Of a stretch of 64,000 bases of DNA, positions 28,316 to 37,292 are shown one piece after another. Below the pieces are notes generated by a model. The model had not been told where the DNA came from and did not search any database. It worked only from the letters and a program-made list of their open reading frames with translations. Position 1 is the first letter of the stretch; each line of letters opens with the position of its first letter. The DNA is taken from sequence record NC_019929.1; one strand, written 5' to 3'. The translations under genes and the position numbers were made by a program.

Positions 28316-28792
28316 GTGATGAAGAAGCGTTATGGTGGTATTAGCTTATCGGATTTGAAAGCGTTTAAGCAACGTACCTTTGAAGCACTGGAAAAGAAAT
28401 GGATTGAAGCCGGTATCCGGGAAGCGTGTAAAGCCATCAATAAGCACCCTGGCGCAACTACCGTGTGGGCTTGTCAGGGACACGGCCCGTACTCAAAGAA
28501 GAAGGCTCCGAACAACTGCAACATTGTGTTTGCGGTAGCCGCTGGGTACGAGCACCTGATTGATGAGTTTATCGCTGAGTTGATGGACTCAGAGTTGCCC
28601 CCGTTATGGAATCTGGCACTGTGCCGTTTACAGTATCCCGATGCGTCGTTCCACATGTTGGAAGACACCACGTTGAAGAACACTTACAACGCCTGGCAAA
28701 TCTCCTACGGGTTCATGCACACCGAAGCGATATTGCGCGAAGTGCGTAAGACTTTCCTTTCCGCTGCTAATAAGGTATTCCGTTCAAAATGA
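28316..28792 (+). CDS. Hypothetical protein, paralogue of 27844 (TYW3-like 'TxxxCxGH' family)
   Basis: LKAFKQRTFEALE...IREACKAINKHPGATTVWACQGHG. Confidence 0.7.
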   Translation: MMKKRYGGISLSDLKAFKQRTFEALEKKWIEAGIREACKAINKHPGATTVWACQGHGPYSKKKAPNNCNIVFAVAAGYEHLIDEFIAELMDSELPPLWNLALCRLQYPDASFHMLEDTTLKNTYNAWQISYGFMHTEAILREVRKTFLSAANKVFRSK

Positions 28793-29490
28793 GCAAACAA
28801 AAGAAACCCCGCAACAAAAAATATAATCCTCGCCAGGCACTGGACAACAACGCCTTGCAGGTTGCTGAGAACGCCCTGAACCGTATCACGTTCATTGGCA
28901 GCTCCATTCGACGTATGGCCCCGTATGCCGGTCGTGGGTTCCACATGACCACCACACCACGTATTCGCATGATCGCCACGGATATGCTCGTACAGGGCCT
29001 CTACGACCAGAACCGGGCATGGAAGCTCTGGGTCGCTCACTTGTCTTCCAACTCTGCTGGGGAAATTGAGGCTGAGTCAATGGTCTGTACCCTGGACGAT
29101 TACAACCTAGGTGATTTCTGCCAACACGCGGAACAAATCATTCGTGACCTGCGTCCCGAAGGTGCAGGAGAATACTTCGGTTACGCGTTTGTCGCCGCGC
29201 CTAACGAGCGCTACGAACTGGCGGAATCCGAAGACCGTCTGCTGGAAAACTTCATGCACTCTGGCCTCCTCGATAAAGAGAAACACCTCGACGAGAAAGA
29301 CCAGTTTGTCACCCGTGAACAAATGACCATTATGCTGATGTCGGACACCGGTAAGTTCGATGTGAACGTTCAGCATAAAGTCGAAGTACCGGATATGGTC
29401 TACAAGACCCGTGAAGAAACCTTATTGGAGACAGTCGATGTTCCTGAAGAGAATAAAGGCGCTGTTCAAGAAAGAGAAGACGACTACTGA
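28789..29490 (+). CDS. Hypothetical protein
   Basis: 233 aa, basic N-terminus KQKKPRNKKYNPR; ATGA coupling. Confidence 0.75.
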   Translation: MSKQKKPRNKKYNPRQALDNNALQVAENALNRITFIGSSIRRMAPYAGRGFHMTTTPRIRMIATDMLVQGLYDQNRAWKLWVAHLSSNSAGEIEAESMVCTLDDYNLGDFCQHAEQIIRDLRPEGAGEYFGYAFVAAPNERYELAESEDRLLENFMHSGLLDKEKHLDEKDQFVTREQMTIMLMSDTGKFDVNVQHKVEVPDMVYKTREETLLETVDVPEENKGAVQEREDDY

Positions 29491-29968
29491 TTTTTCTCCC
29501 ATTGACCAAGCCATTAAGGATTTTATCCACACTGGTGCGACATGGGATGAGATTCAGCAGTTAGCCCGCCACATGAATTTCGGGTCAGTGTTTGACATGT
29601 GGCTTTACGTGGAAGACGCTGGCCTGCGCAGTGAGTTACGGGTACGTTGTGACCCGGATACCCGTAAGCGTATTGAGGATTACTGGCATCAAGAGATTTA
29701 TGGCAAACAACCGGTCACGATGATTCACGATTCCCGAACGGTAGCGTTTGAGAATCTGGAAATGCTGACCCGTTGGGTGTGGGATGCCATGATGACACGT
29801 TATCCAGCGCAGCGTCTCCAGTTCCGTGCACAGTGGGTGTCTCGTCGTCCTAACCGAGTACGTGTCGAGGTTCACTCGATGGGCGGGCATTCGCATTACG
29901 AGACGGTCGATATTGAAGGTGTGACCCGTCACCAAGCGAAGAAGTTGATGGAAAGCTACCCAGCATAA
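29438..29968 (+). CDS. Hypothetical protein
   Basis: 176 aa from ATG 29438 after GGAG; overlaps upstream gene by 53 nt. Confidence 0.7.
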   Translation: MFLKRIKALFKKEKTTTDFSPIDQAIKDFIHTGATWDEIQQLARHMNFGSVFDMWLYVEDAGLRSELRVRCDPDTRKRIEDYWHQEIYGKQPVTMIHDSRTVAFENLEMLTRWVWDAMMTRYPAQRLQFRAQWVSRRPNRVRVEVHSMGGHSHYETVDIEGVTRHQAKKLMESYPA

Positions 29969-30019
29969 CTGGGAGCAGTGGTACCAAACTATTAAATCTT
30001 TAATCTAAAGGAATATGTA

Positions 30020-30481
30020 ATGGAAATCGTACGCAAAGTGGCAATTGAAGCAGACAAGGGTGGTTCAGACGCTTACTGGGTCGTGAAGGTTGCTGACCTG
30101 GATGCGTTTACGCGCAACAATGTAAAGTACGTGGGTAAACCGCGTAACCTGCTGCGTGACTTCTTCCGCCGTCCGCACACTTTCTGCGAGGTCGAGGAGC
30201 CTAACCTGGCAATCTACAACCGTCTGACACCGAAAGGGTCGGATGAGTACATCGGTCGTATCAATACGGTCGTGCAAAAGAACATCTGTGGCGCGTTGTC
30301 TAATCCGCGTGTTGCAGCTGATGGACGTTCCATTAACCTGGAACTCCGTCCGTGGGGCCCCCATGCGTCACGCCTGCGTGAGTTACTGCAAAGTGACATC
30401 ACCCCGGTCTTCGCCATGCGTGCCATGACGGATGTTGACGGTAACGTTGACAAAGTTATTACCTGGGATTTGGTTGGGTAA
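30020..30481 (+). CDS. Truncated, probably inactive paralogue of the T4 gp21/phiKZ gp175-type prohead protease
   Basis: FCEVEEP (cf. GExxHP), RINTV..KNIC (cf. R...I...nv.h), RPWGP.A..L..LL, VFAMRAM (cf. FSxRS), KVITWDLV (cf. IxTxDxV). Confidence 0.6.
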   Translation: MEIVRKVAIEADKGGSDAYWVVKVADLDAFTRNNVKYVGKPRNLLRDFFRRPHTFCEVEEPNLAIYNRLTPKGSDEYIGRINTVVQKNICGALSNPRVAADGRSINLELRPWGPHASRLRELLQSDITPVFAMRAMTDVDGNVDKVITWDLVG

Positions 30482-30561
30482 TAAGGTAGTGCCCGGAGGT
30501 TCGCCTCCGGTTGTTGTACCCTATGTAGTTTGATTATAACAATTCCAATAAGGAGAAATAT

Positions 30562-30738
30562 ATGGAAAATGTGTATGTAGTAATAATGGTTTTATTCGGG
30601 TTCTGTTCTGGTTTCACTTTCGCAAGATTCTTGAGACTCAGAAAGAAACGTGACTTCACTGCTTCGGCAGGGCAACTCTTAATGGCTATCGCCTTCGCGG
30701 CAGTCTTTATCTGGGCGGCATGGCAACGTTGGATGTAA
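30562..30738 (+). CDS. Small membrane protein, two TM segments (absent from ORF track)
   Basis: MENVYVVIMVLFGFCSGFTFARFLRLRKKRDFTASAGQLLMAIAFAAVFIWAAWQRWM, 58 aa, TAAGGAG SD. Confidence 0.75.
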   Translation: MENVYVVIMVLFGFCSGFTFARFLRLRKKRDFTASAGQLLMAIAFAAVFIWAAWQRWM

Positions 30739-30739
30739 C

Positions 30740-31030
30740 ATGAAACGAATAGTTCTGGTAGTTATAGGTGTCCTTGTGGCACCTATTTTTGCTCACGCGC
30801 AAGCAAACGAAGTCGTCGTGGAAATAGACCAAGAGGTCTACGAACGCGTATTTCTGGAATGCGTGAAAAGTTTTAAGGGTCCGGATGTGACGAACTTCAA
30901 TGACTTGGATGAGGCTATCCGTCAGTGTGGATCACAAGCGGGACACATCGCTATTCGAAAAGGCGAGTACAGTATTGACCAGGGAGCAGACTGGTTGAAA
31001 GCCAAACCTTACGTGAAGGAAAACAAATGA
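30740..31030 (+). CDS. Secreted/periplasmic hypothetical protein
   Basis: Signal peptide MKRIVLVVIGVLVAPIFAHA; two Cys. Confidence 0.7.
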   Translation: MKRIVLVVIGVLVAPIFAHAQANEVVVEIDQEVYERVFLECVKSFKGPDVTNFNDLDEAIRQCGSQAGHIAIRKGEYSIDQGADWLKAKPYVKENK

Positions 31031-32139
31031 CACGCGTTGTGACACTAACCGGTGGCGTTGATTCGTCCTGGAATCTGATGAACATGATTAACCGTGCGGG
31101 AATGAGCGAAAGCATCCGTCCGCTCTACATGGATTTCAAACAAGGTCAGGATGCGTCCTTTGCTGAGTTTGTTCTGGGTAGCGAAATCGCTCAACGGTTA
31201 CTGAAACAAAGTCAAGGTTATCAGTCTCTTTTGCAGTGGATTTCACCCCCGGACAATTTCTTTCCAGAAGTCCGTGTAACCCAGCACCACCAGTTGGGTA
31301 GTCGGTTGACCCAGCAGGGCTACACTATTTTGGGTGTGGCTTGGGTAATGAATAAAGTGTTGGGACAATCACCGGGTTCTACGGCAACGGTTGGCTGGAA
31401 TATGGCGGACACCGTAGAGGCTTCTGGTGCTCAAGCCGAATGGTCTACTGAGGACTACGGGCGGTTGAAGCGGATGTATAGCGACCTTATCTATTTCCAG
31501 GACCACGGTTATCGTGCAGCGCCTTTGCTCGCCCCCGCCTGGGAAATGGATAAGTTTGAAATGTGGTCTGCGCTTCCTGCGAACGTGCAAGAACTCATCA
31601 CGGTTGCTACGCATTATGAAATCGCTATTCGTTATATTCCGGGTGAAGAATACTTCTACATCGAAACCCAACTGCGTGGCTGTGGGAAAGCCCTCCGCTA
31701 CCAGCGTCGTGGAATTGTATTGACCCATGCCTGGCGTGTTAAGCTGGACGATGAATTTTATCGTCGCGTGTACAGTGGTAACTTCCCGGCTGAAAACTTG
31801 GGTGGTGGGCCGCGTAAGTTCTTGAAGGAGCTTAAGGATAAGCGTGACCCGTTCCGTGAACTGACAATCGGTCTCGATGACGCATCGTTGGATATACGTT
31901 CTTACAACGAGGAAGAGTGGGAGAAAGAAAAACTCGACCTTGAACTGCGTTGGGCGGCGTACAATGGCGAAGAAAGTGAAAATCTGGACGCTCCAGATGG
32001 CGAAGTGGCGAGTAGCCGAAGCGAAGGGGATTCCGGCGATCAACACAACGGTGAAGTCGGGTCTGAAACATCTGGCACCGACGTGGGACTTTCTGAGCGT
32101 GTATCAGAAGTCGGACAAGGGGCCGCAAGCGCAAGCTGA
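31027..32139 (+). CDS. PP-loop ATPase of QueC-like type
   Basis: VVTLTGGVDSSW (SGGxDS), LYMDFKQGQ (cf. fdYGQ), PAWEMDKFEMW (cf. P....K..i); Zn-binding Cys cluster reduced to GCGK. Confidence 0.6.
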   Translation: MTRVVTLTGGVDSSWNLMNMINRAGMSESIRPLYMDFKQGQDASFAEFVLGSEIAQRLLKQSQGYQSLLQWISPPDNFFPEVRVTQHHQLGSRLTQQGYTILGVAWVMNKVLGQSPGSTATVGWNMADTVEASGAQAEWSTEDYGRLKRMYSDLIYFQDHGYRAAPLLAPAWEMDKFEMWSALPANVQELITVATHYEIAIRYIPGEEYFYIETQLRGCGKALRYQRRGIVLTHAWRVKLDDEFYRRVYSGNFPAENLGGGPRKFLKELKDKRDPFRELTIGLDDASLDIRSYNEEEWEKEKLDLELRWAAYNGEESENLDAPDGEVASSRSEGDSGDQHNGEVGSETSGTDVGLSERVSEVGQGAASAS

Positions 32140-32347
32140 TTATACCCGTTTGTACAATTTGAAGTTAGACCGGTTGTTAGATGACGACGCGGAGAAGCTC
32201 GTGGAGATTCTTCGGATGGGGGAAGTGGCACTGATGTGTTATTGCCCTGCTGGCCAATTCTGCCACCGGTATTTGTTAGTCGAGAAACTGCGTGAAGTAG
32301 CTGAATGGTTCGGTTATGAATTAGAGTACGCAGGAGAGTTAACCTAA
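31964..32347 (+). CDS. DUF488/YeaO-like protein
   Basis: LAPTWDFL, VALMCYCPAGQFCHRYLL; ATG 31964 lies inside the upstream gene. Confidence 0.65.
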   Translation: MAKKVKIWTLQMAKWRVAEAKGIPAINTTVKSGLKHLAPTWDFLSVYQKSDKGPQAQADYTRLYNLKLDRLLDDDAEKLVEILRMGEVALMCYCPAGQFCHRYLLVEKLREVAEWFGYELEYAGELT

Positions 32348-32350
32348 AGG

Positions 32351-32794
32351 ATGATGAACATGAAATTAATTATGCCCGCTAAAACTATCAAAAACTTTGA
32401 CTACAACGCAATGATGAACGTGAACTCGTTGCGCGGTATTGTGCAAAATGCTGCACGTCGTCTGGAAGCAGAAATCGTTGAGTGTGACTACGAAGAGTTT
32501 GTGAAGTATTCCTTCGTAGGTGAAGCGTACCGCATTGCACTTTACCATGCGTTGTATGCTGATGACATCAGCGATGTGAAGAACTACCTTTCGCGCTGTG
32601 TGGAAGTCTTCCAGGGCGAACGCGAAGAGATGGCCTTTGTCGATGGGGAGTTCCCGGATTATGTCCGTGCCGGATTCGATAAGCTGTTGTCCAACATCAA
32701 CAAGAAGCTGGAAGCCAACGGTGTATCCGGTGCCTATGGTAATGTGTCCCCGTCCTATTACGATAAAGATGCCAAGCAAACCCTGCTTCACTAA
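32351..32794 (+). CDS. Hypothetical protein
   Basis: 147 aa, CCTAAAGGA SD, terminator downstream. Confidence 0.75.
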   Translation: MMNMKLIMPAKTIKNFDYNAMMNVNSLRGIVQNAARRLEAEIVECDYEEFVKYSFVGEAYRIALYHALYADDISDVKNYLSRCVEVFQGEREEMAFVDGEFPDYVRAGFDKLLSNINKKLEANGVSGAYGNVSPSYYDKDAKQTLLH

Positions 32795-32806
32795 GCAGTG
32801 TGTGCC

Positions 32807-32842
32807 ACCCTACTCCGTGTGGAGTAGGGTTCTTCTTTTTTT
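32807..32842 (+). terminator. Intrinsic terminator
   Basis: ACCCTACTCC-GTGT-GGAGTAGGGT plus T-tract. Confidence 0.9.
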
Positions 32843-32856
32843 AGCCTAAAAATATT

Positions 32857-32880
32857 CAGATAGATATTATCTCAGTGAAT
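32857..32880 (+). promoter_or_regulatory. Putative early-class promoter
   Basis: CAGATAGATATTATCTCAGTGAAT aligns with the 38277 motif. Confidence 0.6.
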
Positions 32881-32937
32881 GTGTGAAATTTACGCATACC
32901 CCAGTCGATATGTATTGTCCCTTAAGGAGCATTTTCC

Positions 32938-33345
32938 ATGACTCAAAAAGTACAGAATAGCGGTATGTCTGGTGCCATCGGCAAGAACCTTTTTAAGGTT
33001 GCTTGTGTGGAAGTTGCAACGGATGTAGAAGGTGAAGGGGAAGTGAAACTGATGCACCGGGTGATTGACCTGGTGAACAAACACAACGAAAGTGAAGCCG
33101 ATTTCAAACTGGAAATCCTTCCTATCCCCCGCTGGCCCATTGGACAACGTACCATGATTGTCTTCGAACGTTTCATGAATTGTCTCCGCACGTTTGAAAG
33201 CGACCCAACACGTACCACCGCCGCCATGTTGGAAAGCGTATCTGTTCTGGCAGCCAACTACGATAAGCCCGTTGCCGTTGTCGGTGCTGGTCGACCAATC
33301 GGCCACAATTTTCTGACTGAACTCGTCAAACGTAACGCGCGATAA
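32938..33345 (+). CDS. Hypothetical protein
   Basis: 135 aa, TAAGGAG SD. Confidence 0.75.
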   Translation: MTQKVQNSGMSGAIGKNLFKVACVEVATDVEGEGEVKLMHRVIDLVNKHNESEADFKLEILPIPRWPIGQRTMIVFERFMNCLRTFESDPTRTTAAMLESVSVLAANYDKPVAVVGAGRPIGHNFLTELVKRNAR

Positions 33346-33370
33346 CCTAACCCCCTGAAGGAGTATTACC

Positions 33371-33889
33371 GTGTCATTAACCATTAACATGAACTTCTTT
33401 ACCAAGCGAGAGCGGCAGGTACTGGAGTCCGGTGCTGCTGCCGTGTCACCTGACCTGAACATTGACCCACTTAAAGCCAAAGTCGCAGAGATGTTTCCCG
33501 TGGGTGAGTGGGACATCTGGTACTTCCGCTGCCGCAGTGTGGCGAACGCGTTAACCCAGCTGTCGAATTACCATCCATCGGCCCGTGTGGAGGACTGGAT
33601 TTGGCGTGTACCCCGCACACCGACATCGGTGATGTACGAAGGGGGTGAGAAGCAGGTTTACATCAAACCCGTGGCTAACCCGCCCCGCCTGAACGAATTC
33701 CTGGAAGTTATCTGGGACAGACCGCGTGAAGAACTGCGTGCAATTGTTAACGTTTTAAGCGCGTTGCAAATTGATGGCGTGATGGGACTTCGCATGGAAT
33801 CCCGTGATGACAAGAAGTCGTACTGGGAACTGTCGTGGACAGAACCTAAGTTCGAAAACGTCAACCTTATTTTCCTGCACCGGGGGTAG
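33371..33889 (+). CDS. Hypothetical protein
   Basis: 172 aa, GTG start after AAGGAG. Confidence 0.75.
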   Translation: MSLTINMNFFTKRERQVLESGAAAVSPDLNIDPLKAKVAEMFPVGEWDIWYFRCRSVANALTQLSNYHPSARVEDWIWRVPRTPTSVMYEGGEKQVYIKPVANPPRLNEFLEVIWDRPREELRAIVNVLSALQIDGVMGLRMESRDDKKSYWELSWTEPKFENVNLIFLHRG

Positions 33890-33892
33890 GGT

Positions 33893-34183
33893 ATGTTGGA
33901 TTGGTTATTGGGTCTGATTAACAAACGCCAGGCACAACTTTATAAAGAGAACCAGGAGCTGCGTAAGTACAAACAAGGCTGGGATAAGCTGGCGACTGCG
34001 GCAGTTCAGTCTCAAGCGGCGCTTGCCCTTACCGCGAAGTTTATTGCCGCTGGCCGTACGCACTCTGTTGCCGACGCACAGAAGCTCGTCGAATTAGCCG
34101 AAGAACTTGGTCTCAAAGTAGACCATGCCATTTATCATCAATTAGAAGCGGAGAAATGCAATGGAAAACGTAACAGTAACTGA
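33893..34183 (+). CDS. Hypothetical coiled-coil protein
   Basis: 96 aa. Confidence 0.7.
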   Translation: MLDWLLGLINKRQAQLYKENQELRKYKQGWDKLATAAVQSQAALALTAKFIAAGRTHSVADAQKLVELAEELGLKVDHAIYHQLEAEKCNGKRNSN

Positions 34184-34571
34184 CCCGAAAGAAGAACTGG
34201 CACTGGCGCTTAAGTCGATGGAAATTCATCAGTTGCAAAGTCTCCAGCACGAAACGGCCGGACAACGTGATCACTTCATCACTGTGGCACAAGCAGCGAT
34301 TAACCTGAATAAGGTCTTGCTGCAAAAGCTGTACAATTTAGAACACGCAACCGTCCATGCCAAAGGTCTGGCTGATGCTTCGGAGAAAGTTACCGACGTC
34401 CGCCTGTTCGCGTCTAATCAGATGGAGAAAGTACAAAATGAATGGGATGTTGCCTGCAATAGTGAACGTAGTACCAACGACCCCCGCAAAGTTGGAGCGA
34501 AACCGGGACTCTTCGTCGGTGACACAACCGTCGCTGAATATACCGGCTTCAATCGGGATGGCCATCGCTAA
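34161..34571 (+). CDS. Hypothetical coiled-coil protein
   Basis: 136 aa, GGAG SD. Confidence 0.7.
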   Translation: MENVTVTDPKEELALALKSMEIHQLQSLQHETAGQRDHFITVAQAAINLNKVLLQKLYNLEHATVHAKGLADASEKVTDVRLFASNQMEKVQNEWDVACNSERSTNDPRKVGAKPGLFVGDTTVAEYTGFNRDGHR

Positions 34572-35067
34572 CGAGTTAATGCGTCTGGGGATTACAAAGC
34601 TGGATTATATTCATCCGGCTTTGCACCCGACTGCGGATAACATGGAAGCGAAGTTCTGGTATGACCAGGCGAAGGTCATGGGTGTCAAACAGCTGGTACG
34701 CAGTTTAATCAAACTCACGTACCTGTCTGGGTTTATCGAACATCCGCTGTACCACGAACTGATGATGCTCCAGTGTGCGGAGCCGGTTACACCGGATGAA
34801 ATGGTTGAGCGGATGTACCGGGTGTTTGAGAATGCGACAGAGTGTCACTTCCCAGACATCCGTGAATGCACAGTAGAATTTAAACGGGGTAATGATTGTG
34901 GACTCTACTTCGAATGTGAACCTGTCTGGCATGTCGCCGATGGAGATTGCACAGTACCTGATGCAGGGCGGTTTATTGGCGGATACGCCGGAGAACGCGA
35001 CAAAGATAGTGATGTCGCTAATGGTCACCAAAGGGCACTACCACGAGGTCGTTTTCCTTGGGAGTGA
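34558..35067 (+). CDS. Hypothetical protein
   Basis: Start chosen at ATG 34558 to minimise overlap; ORF track starts at 34357. Confidence 0.6.
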   Translation: MAIANELMRLGITKLDYIHPALHPTADNMEAKFWYDQAKVMGVKQLVRSLIKLTYLSGFIEHPLYHELMMLQCAEPVTPDEMVERMYRVFENATECHFPDIRECTVEFKRGNDCGLYFECEPVWHVADGDCTVPDAGRFIGGYAGERDKDSDVANGHQRALPRGRFPWE

Positions 35068-35204
35068 GATTTGTGTGCGGACACATTGTCGTCGTCATGA
35101 GGCAGGTCGCGTGCCGTTAACCTTAGGGGGTGCATTGCTACTGATGTCACATGCTGACCACTATGTTAACGATTGCATGATGTGGGTTGCAAAAGGTGGA
35201 GATA

Positions 35205-35438
35205 ATGGGTTTTAGAAAATGGATAACGTCGTTTGGGGCAAGTGCACGATTGCAGCACCGTATCCAAATGCTCGAACTGGAGCTAGAGGCTGCACAGCTG
35301 GCCCACAAGGGCACGCAAGACGCGTATCGTCAGGCGTTTAAAGAGATCTATGCCGAACTCCAGGACATTAAACGAGAAATACAGTGGAGCGATGTCCCTG
35401 TAGATTTCCCGTTAACCCCAGAGGTGAGCAATGGCTAA
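35205..35438 (+). CDS. Small coiled-coil hypothetical protein
   Basis: 77 aa after GGAG. Confidence 0.7.
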   Translation: MGFRKWITSFGASARLQHRIQMLELELEAAQLAHKGTQDAYRQAFKEIYAELQDIKREIQWSDVPVDFPLTPEVSNG

Positions 35439-35679
35439 ATTAGTTGCTTGGTTCAGAAACACGTTCTACACAAACTGGCGTGCTGCGGAGGATGAATTGA
35501 CTGCGACACTGGAACACGAGCGTATATTCACAATCGCAATGGTTGAATACATGCTGGAAGGTGACTTTACTCGCGAAGAAATTCTGACGGTAATGCGTCA
35601 TGGTCGCACACCACAGGATCAGGCCAAAATCGAGAAAGAGATCTTCGCCCTGAAAAATGGTAGCGTGCACAATGGCTAA
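35431..35679 (+). CDS. Small hypothetical protein
   Basis: 82 aa after GAGG. Confidence 0.7.
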   Translation: MAKLVAWFRNTFYTNWRAAEDELTATLEHERIFTIAMVEYMLEGDFTREEILTVMRHGRTPQDQAKIEKEIFALKNGSVHNG

Positions 35680-36016
35680 ACGTCTCCGTATCACTTTTCT
35701 TGAAAACTCGCTTTCTATCTATCAGGGTAAAAAGCGTATCTATCACGAACCGTTTGTTCCTGTTGAATTCTTTGCAGGACGTATCACAGGTGTGGACAAA
35801 CGTACTACCCATCTACAGAAGGTGGCTTGTGGTGCGATTGCCCGTACGCTGAGAGAACGGCAACTGTGGGCACTTCATCAGTGGTGGAAGAACGCATACC
35901 GCACAGCACGCCCTGCCTGTTTGGACTGGACGCCTCGTGTTCACTTTAACCTGTTGCCTGTAATGACGAAGATTGATATCAAAGATTTAAACGAAATGCT
36001 CACGGTACGCCCGTGA
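35672..36016 (+). CDS. Hypothetical protein
   Basis: 114 aa, 8-nt overlap with upstream gene. Confidence 0.65.
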   Translation: MAKRLRITFLENSLSIYQGKKRIYHEPFVPVEFFAGRITGVDKRTTHLQKVACGAIARTLRERQLWALHQWWKNAYRTARPACLDWTPRVHFNLLPVMTKIDIKDLNEMLTVRP

Positions 36017-36035
36017 AACCAAACCCTTAAGGAGT

Positions 36036-37292
36036 ATGAAAATGTTAAAACCCCGTAAGCAAGTCCGTCTGCAAATGGTAAAAGTAGAATTGCCTCGCAG
36101 TTCTCGTGCAGACTGTGCCAACATCTACCTTGGCAAAAAGCTGATAAAGCACATTGGCCGTAAGACCTTGTACGAGGCAGGTAAGCATGTCCGCGATATC
36201 GTTGAAGATCGCAACGGCGAGAAAGGTGATTATTTCCAGTTACGCAAACCTCTGCGTGACGCTTACCGCCTGACTCAACTGGAATGGTTACTCAGTTGGG
36301 TACCTGGCCGTAACACGTTGTACATGCTGCGTAAGTTCCCACGTCCCGTAGTGACTGCGGCAATGAAGAAAGCCCAGGAAGAAGCATTCAGAGACATCCT
36401 GGATTCCTGGGATATGCCCACCATGTTAACTCGCAACGTTGAGCCGTCCCCCGACATCAGAAAGCTTTACGATCGTCTTCGTGAGAGACACGCGGGTAAA
36501 CCGATGACAGTTATTGTACCCAGCGCACCTCGGTTACCGGGCCGTTCGTCATTTGAAGCATACGTGCGCAGTGGTGCGACGTGTTCGCCTGCACATCAAC
36601 GTATGCTGGATATTCAGGCGGCGTTAAACCTGCTCGGTGTGAAGGACTTCAAAGCCCTGCGGATAAGCGATGTGGATATGTCCGGCATCGACGAGCCTGA
36701 GCGTAAGTTCCATGCTGCGTCTGTACTGGTGACACTGGGTGGTAAACCGCTTGACCGTAAAGAGAACTCGCGCTTGGCTGGCATCATCGCTAACTTCCTG
36801 ACCGAGTTCCGGCGGCAGGTCGGTGTCGAACGCATGTTGGCCTACCCGTCCACTGGCCCACAGATTCATCGTTGGTTAGCCCACATCGGTACTATCGTTC
36901 CCACGTTAGGTACATTGCCGAAGCGTGAGAACGCCATTGACTTCTTAACTGAACAGCAGTGGGGTGTGTTCGGGGTGAACTTCCACGAACTCATTAAGTC
37001 GGTTCACGTCTCCTTGTGTTTGTTGGATAAGAGCGAACGCCACGGTCGTATTGGGGCAATGGGTGACCATTTCCCAAATGGTGAGCTGGATATTTACGCT
37101 TGGCCATCCCAGCGTATTGCCGATAAAGAAATAGATATTGACAGTATGCCGTTATTGCACGTCGGTGAAGTCGATGGTGCGAAATACTTTGCGCAAGTTC
37201 TCAAAACGCGTAAAGCAGGCAAAGGTCAAGAGTTCACAATTGACTCACTCGGTGCGTTTAAAGAAGACCCTAAAGGAGAAAGTGATGCTTAA
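36036..37292 (+). CDS. Hypothetical protein
   Basis: 418 aa, TAAGGAG SD; N-terminus (MKMLKPRK) similar to next gene (MLKPKKRK). Confidence 0.8.
   Translation: MKMLKPRKQVRLQMVKVELPRSSRADCANIYLGKKLIKHIGRKTLYEAGKHVRDIVEDRNGEKGDYFQLRKPLRDAYRLTQLEWLLSWVPGRNTLYMLRKFPRPVVTAAMKKAQEEAFRDILDSWDMPTMLTRNVEPSPDIRKLYDRLRERHAGKPMTVIVPSAPRLPGRSSFEAYVRSGATCSPAHQRMLDIQAALNLLGVKDFKALRISDVDMSGIDEPERKFHAASVLVTLGGKPLDRKENSRLAGIIANFLTEFRRQVGVERMLAYPSTGPQIHRWLAHIGTIVPTLGTLPKRENAIDFLTEQQWGVFGVNFHELIKSVHVSLCLLDKSERHGRIGAMGDHFPNGELDIYAWPSQRIADKEIDIDSMPLLHVGEVDGAKYFAQVLKTRKAGKGQEFTIDSLGAFKEDPKGESDA

Noticed and set aside
32938-33345. Possible FolD/Rossmann fragment (VAVVGAGRPIG)
   Set aside because: Motif lies at the extreme C-terminus with no room for a Rossmann domain; kept as hypothetical
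34892-35215. 107-aa ORF, or a 23-aa sub-ORF, filling the 35067-35205 gap
   Set aside because: Long overlap with the upstream gene and no convincing start; cannot be supported
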